Assembly (NCBI GenBank): GCA_030747675.1
Contig: JASLKH010000065.1
Span: 1-12,039, forward strand
Direction: 5' to 3'
From: Candidatus Thalassarchaeaceae archaeon
Lineage (GTDB): Archaea; Thermoplasmatota; Poseidoniia; Poseidoniales; Thalassarchaeaceae
Length of the DNA: 12,039 bases
Part shown: piece after piece, positions 7,173-12,039 of the stretch
Layout: each line of letters opens with the position of its first letter
Numbering within the stretch: position 1 is the stretch's first letter
Translations under genes and position numbers: made by a program
Notes under the pieces: generated by a model
Seen by the model: the letters and a program-made list of their open reading frames with translations, nothing else
The model's database searches: none
What the model was told of the DNA's origin: nothing

Positions 7173-8186
7173 ATGACGATGCTAGAATCTACCAATCCTT
7201 TGGAAATTATCGGCTGGACCCGAGTGGTAGTTCTCGTACTCTGTTTCGGTGGAGCGGCATGGCTGGACCATAAAACGAGACGCGTTTCCAATGAGTGGTG
7301 GTGGAGTTGGTCTAAACCTGCAATCTTTCTTCTAATATTGGAACTTTTGTTGCTTGAGGCCGATTGGATGATTTGGCTCACAGCTTCTGCTGCGTTATCA
7401 TTTGCATCAACTGCATTAATTGGTCGGCCAGATATGGGGGACTTGTTACGAGGTTCCCTAGTTGATTGGTTAGTATCGATCTGGTACTTGGCAGGAGTAA
7501 TTGGACTAACAATGGGCGCCTTAACCCATGGCCCTATATTGATTGATTACTTTGATACAGAGGCGTCAATCCTGCTCGAACCTGAGGCCGAACGTCTAGC
7601 ATTATTGTGGGCGCAGATGTTACTAATTGGTGTAGTATTGGTATTCTTTGAATTAGCGTGGCGATTTCGAATGCTCCATGGGGGCGCAGATGCAAAGGCA
7701 ATGATGTTAGCTACAGTTCTTATCCCCTCTTGGAAGGGTGCCTCGTTCCCACTATTTGCAGATGTGCATTCAACCGCAATACCACCAGCAATTTCTCTCA
7801 TGATCTGGGCTGGTTTTGCATTTCTAACATTGCCTTTGATAATGCTATTTAGAAATATAAAATCGGGGGATTTGTTTCCACTTTCAATGTCATGGCATGC
7901 CTACCGTATGCCATTGTCTAGAATACCAGAAAGCCACGTTTGGTTATTGGAAGAAGTCATCGACAAACCGGATGGCTCGCGCGGTGTTTTACGAAAAATG
8001 CGTCCAGTAAGGGGGAGTCGTGCTGAAACTGCGATTGATGAAGTGATTGAAGAATTAGTTTCAGAAGGTAAAGACAAAGCATGGGTCACTGCAAAATATC
8101 CTTTTTTACTGTTCATATTCCCTGCAATACTGCCCATGATTTTAGTTGGCGATCCAGTATCCTGGGCTATTGAAAATTTGCTTTAA
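7173..8186 (+). CDS. pibD: Class III signal peptide (prepilin/prearchaellin) peptidase, A24 family, FlaK/PibD-like
   Basis: First catalytic Asp in AWLDHKTRRVSNEWW (D at 7266-7268), GxGD-type motif LHGGADAKA (D at 7689-7691), polytopic hydrophobicity, and the archaeal C-terminal motif AWVTAKYPFLLFI (cf. VWVTPxIPF). Start uncertain: GTG 7161, ATG 7173 or ATG 7179. Confidence 0.88.
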   Translation: MTMLESTNPLEIIGWTRVVVLVLCFGGAAWLDHKTRRVSNEWWWSWSKPAIFLLILELLLLEADWMIWLTASAALSFASTALIGRPDMGDLLRGSLVDWLVSIWYLAGVIGLTMGALTHGPILIDYFDTEASILLEPEAERLALLWAQMLLIGVVLVFFELAWRFRMLHGGADAKAMMLATVLIPSWKGASFPLFADVHSTAIPPAISLMIWAGFAFLTLPLIMLFRNIKSGDLFPLSMSWHAYRMPLSRIPESHVWLLEEVIDKPDGSRGVLRKMRPVRGSRAETAIDEVIEELVSEGKDKAWVTAKYPFLLFIFPAILPMILVGDPVSWAIENLL

Positions 8187-8194
8187 TTACTTGA

Positions 8195-9016
8195 TTAAGC
8201 AATTCTATCCACTGTTTCAGGTGTGATGGCTTCTTCTTTGGTTACACGGAAACTGATGGCTCGTAGATTTTCAGGTCCGTTTCTAAATTTCCGAATGACC
8301 ATTCGAGTTTCAAAATCGGTGCCCAACATTCCAACTTCAAATTCGAGAACTATGTCACAAATAGCATATAATTCACGTTCAACTGATTTGTCGACCATAT
8401 CGCTAGATACATTGAGAACCATTAGTCCGCGATGCAACTGGGTGTGAGCCTGCATCATTCGAATCATTGAGATAACGCGTGAGGGATCATTTCGAGCAAA
8501 GAAGAAATCCAGATTATCTACAGAAGCACGGAAGAAAGGAGGCAACGAGGTCACTTGACTGGCTAAGTCAGTAAGATAGTCATGCACTTCATTTTCAACA
8601 AACCGTGTTTGTGCCAAGCGTTGTATATCTTCCATTGTGAATCCCTCAAGCCGATATCGGCTCGCACTTAATTCACGTTCCAACACATCTTTGTTATATT
8701 CCTCGCCAAGCGTTCTGACCATGATATCAGTTGGCCAATTGTATCGTTTGAAGAGGGAAAGAATTTCAGTTTGACTTTCACCAGTCGAAACAAGTAATGT
8801 ATTTTCTGGATCTTCTGCAACTGATGTGAATTGCTTTGCAAACAAGTCCATACCAGCTCCTTGATTTCCAATGGCTAGCATTGTAAATCCGCGAGGGATA
8901 CTTCCCTTATTCAGAGGGGAGCCTGCGAGAATACTGTCGAATTTAGCTGAACCAATACTCCCCATGTCTCCATAGAAATCTTCATCTTCGGAATCGAATT
9001 GAATTGTAGTTGACAC
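8195..9016 (-). CDS. KaiC/RAD55-like RecA-superfamily protein with a degenerate P-loop (predicted ATPase-inactive in cis)
   Basis: AKFDSILAG...IPRGFTMLAIG aligns with the KaiC TG..LD....GG.P.G..L..G pattern. Walker A reads GNQGAGMD (8846-8869), lacking K-T/S. STGE, Walker B-like RASVDN, CDIVLEF and IRKFRN are retained. GTG 9016 follows SD GAGGTGA; GTG 9025 is the alternative start. Confidence 0.85.
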   Translation of the reverse strand: MSTTIQFDSEDEDFYGDMGSIGSAKFDSILAGSPLNKGSIPRGFTMLAIGNQGAGMDLFAKQFTSVAEDPENTLLVSTGESQTEILSLFKRYNWPTDIMVRTLGEEYNKDVLERELSASRYRLEGFTMEDIQRLAQTRFVENEVHDYLTDLASQVTSLPPFFRASVDNLDFFFARNDPSRVISMIRMMQAHTQLHRGLMVLNVSSDMVDKSVERELYAICDIVLEFEVGMLGTDFETRMVIRKFRNGPENLRAISFRVTKEEAITPETVDRIA

Positions 9017-9026
9017 ACTTTTCACC

Positions 9027-9614
9027 TCAATGGATTACCACTTGACCTCTATCGATTAAATCTGTACAATATAAATCCAAATTTGCCAATACCCCTGGTG
9101 GTGTTTGGTCAGGGACATTCACTATTGCAGTTAGAACTTCTCGAGCCTTGAATGTGTTGATGAATGTGTGCAAATATTCAGCAAGCATGCGCTCATCGTT
9201 GTAAATAGAAAGTGCATTTACTGAATCAAGCATGACGAAATTTCCAGATTCCGAATTGCTTTGTAAGTGGTAAAGCGTTTGGAGCATTATTGATTCCAAC
9301 ATAATTGGGCTATCGACATAGCGAATATTTGTATAAGGGGTTTCAGTTCCTCCAATGAATCCACTTGATACTGTATCAATGAATTGGATCCCAGAAGAAT
9401 CGATTCCAATTTGATCTAAAGTTTGAATAATTTCAGTCGCTGAGCGTGATGCACAAATGTAAACTCCACGCATTTGGAAATTTTGAATCAAAGGTTGTAA
9501 TATTGAGGCGATGATAAGAAATGAATTACTCGTCCCAACTCGAACTTGGATCGCAGATGAAGGAGTTGCTTCTTCAGCAAGTTGTTGGGATATCCCCCCG
9601 TCGAGTTCAATCAT
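9027..9614 (-). CDS. Truncated, P-loop-less RecA/KaiC-fold protein (DUF7504/DUF835-like)
   Basis: GVYICASRS, IQFIDTVS, YVDSPIML, FVMLDSVNALSIYN..LAEYLHTF and YCTDLID resemble inactivated archaeal KaiC-derived domains. No Walker A and no C-terminal KxR hairpin. ATG overlaps the upstream stop by 8 nt (ATGATTGA), with GGGGTG just upstream. The Pfam name is from memory and needs an HMM check. Confidence 0.72.
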   Translation of the reverse strand: MIELDGGISQQLAEEATPSSAIQVRVGTSNSFLIIASILQPLIQNFQMRGVYICASRSATEIIQTLDQIGIDSSGIQFIDTVSSGFIGGTETPYTNIRYVDSPIMLESIMLQTLYHLQSNSESGNFVMLDSVNALSIYNDERMLAEYLHTFINTFKAREVLTAIVNVPDQTPPGVLANLDLYCTDLIDRGQVVIH

Positions 9615-10368
9615 TCACTGCACCCCATTTTAGCATCGGTGTTAGCATAACTCCTCGCGGCGTTAATTCTAATGCATATTTTGCACGAGAATGCTGCGTC
9701 CCTCGCATCTTGACAACTTGAACAAACCTTAGCAAGTGCCCCATTCGTTCAACGTCACCCAAAACGACAATACCATCGAGAATCGCTTCTTCCACTCCGA
9801 AAGATGACCAGTACGCCTTTGCTCCAGAAGACGTTATTTCTGATACTAACAGTGCAGTACAACCGAGTGTGGCAAGTGATTTACCTAATTTGAATAAGAA
9901 ATCTCTAATCAATTGCTCACTAGGAATTTTGTAGCACAAAGTTGTGACCGAATCAATAACCAATCTAGTTACGCCAATTGTGTTAACGATGTCTGTGATG
10001 GCCTTGACCATTGCGTCAATATCAGATAATTCAAATGTGGATTTTGTCATTCCAAGCCATGAGAAAAGAACATCCATGTCGAATACGTTGATTAGTCCTT
10101 GATCAACCATTTGCATATCGAAAAATTCGAATTGCCGCACATTTTCAAGGAGTTTCACTGAAGGCTCAGTTGCTGAGAAATGTGCGCATGCCTCCCCTGC
10201 ATGAGCTCCATTTGTAAGAAATTCCATACACATGGTTGTTTTACCAGAACCACATGTTCCTGCGACGAGAACTGTTGATCCATATGGTATGCCACCGCGG
10301 AGGATTTCATCCAATCCAGATATACCTGTGACACACCGGTCACGCTGATATTGGGGCCCAGGCATCAT
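9607..10368 (-). CDS. Single-domain KaiC/RAD55-family ATPase, catalytically intact
   Basis: RCVTGISGLDEILRGGIPYGSTVLVAG, Walker A GTCGSGKT (10237-10260), catalytic Glu in SATE, Walker B RLVIDS, TALLVSE, GVEEAILDGIVVL and VVKMRG (Lys/Arg finger). SD GGAGGGG at 10377-10383. Confidence 0.93.
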   Translation of the reverse strand: MMPGPQYQRDRCVTGISGLDEILRGGIPYGSTVLVAGTCGSGKTTMCMEFLTNGAHAGEACAHFSATEPSVKLLENVRQFEFFDMQMVDQGLINVFDMDVLFSWLGMTKSTFELSDIDAMVKAITDIVNTIGVTRLVIDSVTTLCYKIPSEQLIRDFLFKLGKSLATLGCTALLVSEITSSGAKAYWSSFGVEEAILDGIVVLGDVERMGHLLRFVQVVKMRGTQHSRAKYALELTPRGVMLTPMLKWGAVND

Positions 10369-10449
10369 GGTGAACGCCCCTCCGATTCGGCCGCCCTTAG
10401 ATAAGCCGATTGACTGGGCAATGAGGAATCAGGTAATTATCTACGAAAT

Positions 10450-11526
10450 TCACCAACCCGGGGTGCCTACATCCATGGGGGTCCAATTCTCCACACTATT
10501 TGGTGACCCATTTAGGTCATAAGTCATTGAATTATTAGTTGCAATATTCCATGTATAGTCCCATGTGAATTCCATTATTGTCATTGTATTGGCAGTGCCC
10601 GGCTCTGTCCAACCAAGGACGATAGTACCTCCACTAACTTCGAGTGAATCAATTATCCCACTGCCCAATACTCCTGAAGAACCAAGGTCAATTTCCATTG
10701 CATTATTTGGATTATATTGCAAATCTCCATTCCCTGTGCAAATTGCTCGAGTGCCACCAGCAAGCGCACCATCGCCAAGCATTGTAAATGCACCAGGTCG
10801 AGACAAACTCCATCCTGAAAGGTTGACAGCGAAACCATCTGGATTTTCTAACTCAACCCATTCAGGGGGGCCATTTAAGGGATCTATCATGATTTCTGTA
10901 ATTTGAATTTTTGATGGATTTCTACCTCCGTCATGCACTTCTAATGTAACACGAACATCTTCGGCCCCCATATGCATAATTCTAGTTGCAGTAGATCCTC
11001 TATTGGCATAACTTCGAGCTGATCCATCAGCGAATAATTCTACCCCCACTCTATCGGGTTCTGAGCTATCAATAATTGTAATTGTGAGGTTCAAACTCAT
11101 CCAACTTTTCAGGCCAAGTCCACGAATCAAACGATCTTCGGTAACATTTGAAAGAGCCGAAACACGAACGGGGTCGATGTGCCCATTTCCATCTCCAATC
11201 GCAGGTAAATAGTCGCTATTGAGTAATTCACTAGCACTCAAAAAGTGCCAATTTTCAGTAGCGCTCGATACATTCCGATTCCCATTTTCCCGAATGACAA
11301 CTTGCCCTTTGGAATCAGTCAATCTTTCTAGACCATCAATGGCCATTTCGTCAAGTCGATCGGAATCGGGTACATTGCTCCCCAATTTCAGTTGACTTAA
11401 TGCTAAGAATGCACTGACTATAACCAAGAACAAAACGAAGGCGGAAAGGAATTCTATAACCGCGGTTAAAGCATCTTCATCAGATGATTTTTGGCGCCAT
11501 CTGCGTAAACTCCCTTCAGGTGCCAT
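10450..11526 (-). CDS. Type IV pilin-like protein with a class III signal peptide and a C-terminal lamin-tail domain (LTD)
   Basis: N-terminus RRWRQKSSDEDA|LTAVIEFLSAFVLFLVIVSAFLAL fits [KRDE][GA]|[ALIFQMVED][ILMFTAS] followed by a hydrophobic stretch. The C-terminal IQITEIMIDP..PPEWVELENPDGFAVNLSGWSL is the LTD signature (about 10450-10911). Start moved from 11580 to ATG 11526, which has SD GGAGG 4 nt upstream (358 aa). Confidence 0.8.
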   Translation of the reverse strand: MAPEGSLRRWRQKSSDEDALTAVIEFLSAFVLFLVIVSAFLALSQLKLGSNVPDSDRLDEMAIDGLERLTDSKGQVVIRENGNRNVSSATENWHFLSASELLNSDYLPAIGDGNGHIDPVRVSALSNVTEDRLIRGLGLKSWMSLNLTITIIDSSEPDRVGVELFADGSARSYANRGSTATRIMHMGAEDVRVTLEVHDGGRNPSKIQITEIMIDPLNGPPEWVELENPDGFAVNLSGWSLSRPGAFTMLGDGALAGGTRAICTGNGDLQYNPNNAMEIDLGSSGVLGSGIIDSLEVSGGTIVLGWTEPGTANTMTIMEFTWDYTWNIATNNSMTYDLNGSPNSVENWTPMDVGTPGW

Positions 11527-11566
11527 TACCCCTCCCATGTGGCACCTATCCATCAATACTGTGGCG

Positions 11567-11572
11567 AAATAA
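11567..11572 (-). promoter_or_regulatory. Candidate TATA box (TTATTT) for the pilin-LTD gene
   Basis: About 40 nt upstream of ATG 11526, which leaves room for a short leader containing the SD. Confidence 0.35.
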
Positions 11573-11617
11573 CTCTGCATTCTAATCGCCTTGTGACCCT
11601 CTCATATCGCCGAGGGG

Positions 11618-11623
11618 TATTTA
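11618..11623 (+). promoter_or_regulatory. Candidate TATA box (TATTTA) for the right-edge secreted protein
   Basis: Ends 25 nt before ATG 11649, which is typical leaderless archaeal geometry. Confidence 0.35.
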
Positions 11624-11648
11624 CGCGCCGTTTGGCGTCGTATATCCG

Positions 11649-12039
11649 ATGGGGTCACTCCAACGCGCCCTACGGGCGCGCTCAAACTGCTCAAATCAGT
11701 CCACTGCATCTCGTGCTAGTGGCTTGGTGTTAATTATGATTCTAAGCACATTATTTGGATTCACAAGCCCTGCTTTGGGAGATACTGGAACTGATGATTT
11801 GGGCATCACTAGCGTCATTTCACCGATTCAAGGTGGGCATTATGATATGAGCGATCAATTGTACCCCAAAGTGACAGTGAGGAACGATGGTTTCGCTCAA
11901 TCAGACCCCCGTACGATTTATCTTGACATTTGCGAGGGTGATACTCTTGGACAAGACTGTCCAGTTGGGGGATTCACTCAAGTCTCAAAGCAAGTTCCTC
12001 GATTAAATGGAACATCGAGTACAATTGTTGATTTTGGTA
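11649..12039 (+). CDS. Secreted CARDB/Ig-like domain protein, 3'-truncated by the window edge
   Basis: My translation shows an open frame with no stop to the edge: MGSLQRALRARSNCSNQSTASRASGLVLIMILSTLFGFTSPALG|DTGTDDLGITSVISPIQGGHYDMSDQLYPKVTVRNDGFAQSDPRTIYLDICEG... It has a Sec-type signal peptide (basic n-region, h-region, A-x-G site), then the DL-x-I...VTVRNxG pattern of CARDB-like domains. Confidence 0.78.
   Translation, partial: MGSLQRALRARSNCSNQSTASRASGLVLIMILSTLFGFTSPALGDTGTDDLGITSVISPIQGGHYDMSDQLYPKVTVRNDGFAQSDPRTIYLDICEGDTLGQDCPVGGFTQVSKQVPRLNGTSSTIVDFG

Noticed and set aside
8195-10368. Cyanobacterial-type KaiABC circadian clock
   Set aside because: The proteins are single-domain, no KaiA or KaiB is present, and the positions equivalent to KaiC S431/T432 are E/A (VEEAILD) and Y/A (LYAICD), so they cannot be phosphorylated there. 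The E/A pair resembles the KaiC-EA phosphomimic, but Glu at this site is common in archaeal RAD55-like proteins.
9607-10368. RadA/RadB recombinase or FlaH/GvpD assignment
   Set aside because: It lacks the RadA N-terminal HhH domain and the recombinase motifs. No archaellum or gas-vesicle genes are adjacent, and the sequence alone only supports a generic KaiC/RAD55 family call.
3726-11733. Remaining short alternative-frame or antisense ORFs (for example 5580-6053, 7046-7381, 7547-7801, 10565-10906, 11539-11733)
   Set aside because: All overlap better-supported genes or promoter spacers and show no motif, signal or compositional support.
1-12039. CRISPR array, IS/transposase, integrase, intein or prophage signal
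   Set aside because: I saw no regularly spaced nucleotide direct repeats, terminal inverted repeats with target duplications, recombinase motifs or intein splice motifs. The repeats in the first gene are detectable only at protein level.

Overview
Gene-dense archaeal chromosomal window with ten protein-coding genes and no mobile element, rRNA, tRNA or CRISPR array that I can support. Several families are archaea-specific or archaeal-type (membrane-anchored LonB, UPF0147, FlaK/PibD-type prepilin peptidase, single-domain KaiC/RAD55 ATPases). The gene content and large Ig-repeat surface proteins resemble marine Thermoplasmatota such as Marine Group II/Poseidoniales (inference only). Gene order: Ig-repeat surface protein with a cytoplasmic Zn ribbon (+, 5'-truncated), trmI (-), lonB (+), DHA1/TetA-like MFS transporter (+), UPF0147 (-), class III signal peptidase (+), three-gene KaiC/RecA-fold operon (-), pilin-like protein fused to a lamin-tail domain (-), and a secreted CARDB-like protein running off the right edge (+, not in the supplied ORF track). 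The most interesting part is 7173-11526. It holds a translationally coupled trio of one intact, one truncated P-loop-less and one P-loop-degenerate KaiC-like protein. The trio is flanked by a prepilin peptidase with a ~80-aa insertion and by a candidate substrate of that peptidase, suggesting a pilus/surface-structure signalling module. The trmI-lonB divergent intergenic region also carries unusual palindromes, including a 30-bp near-perfect inverted repeat.
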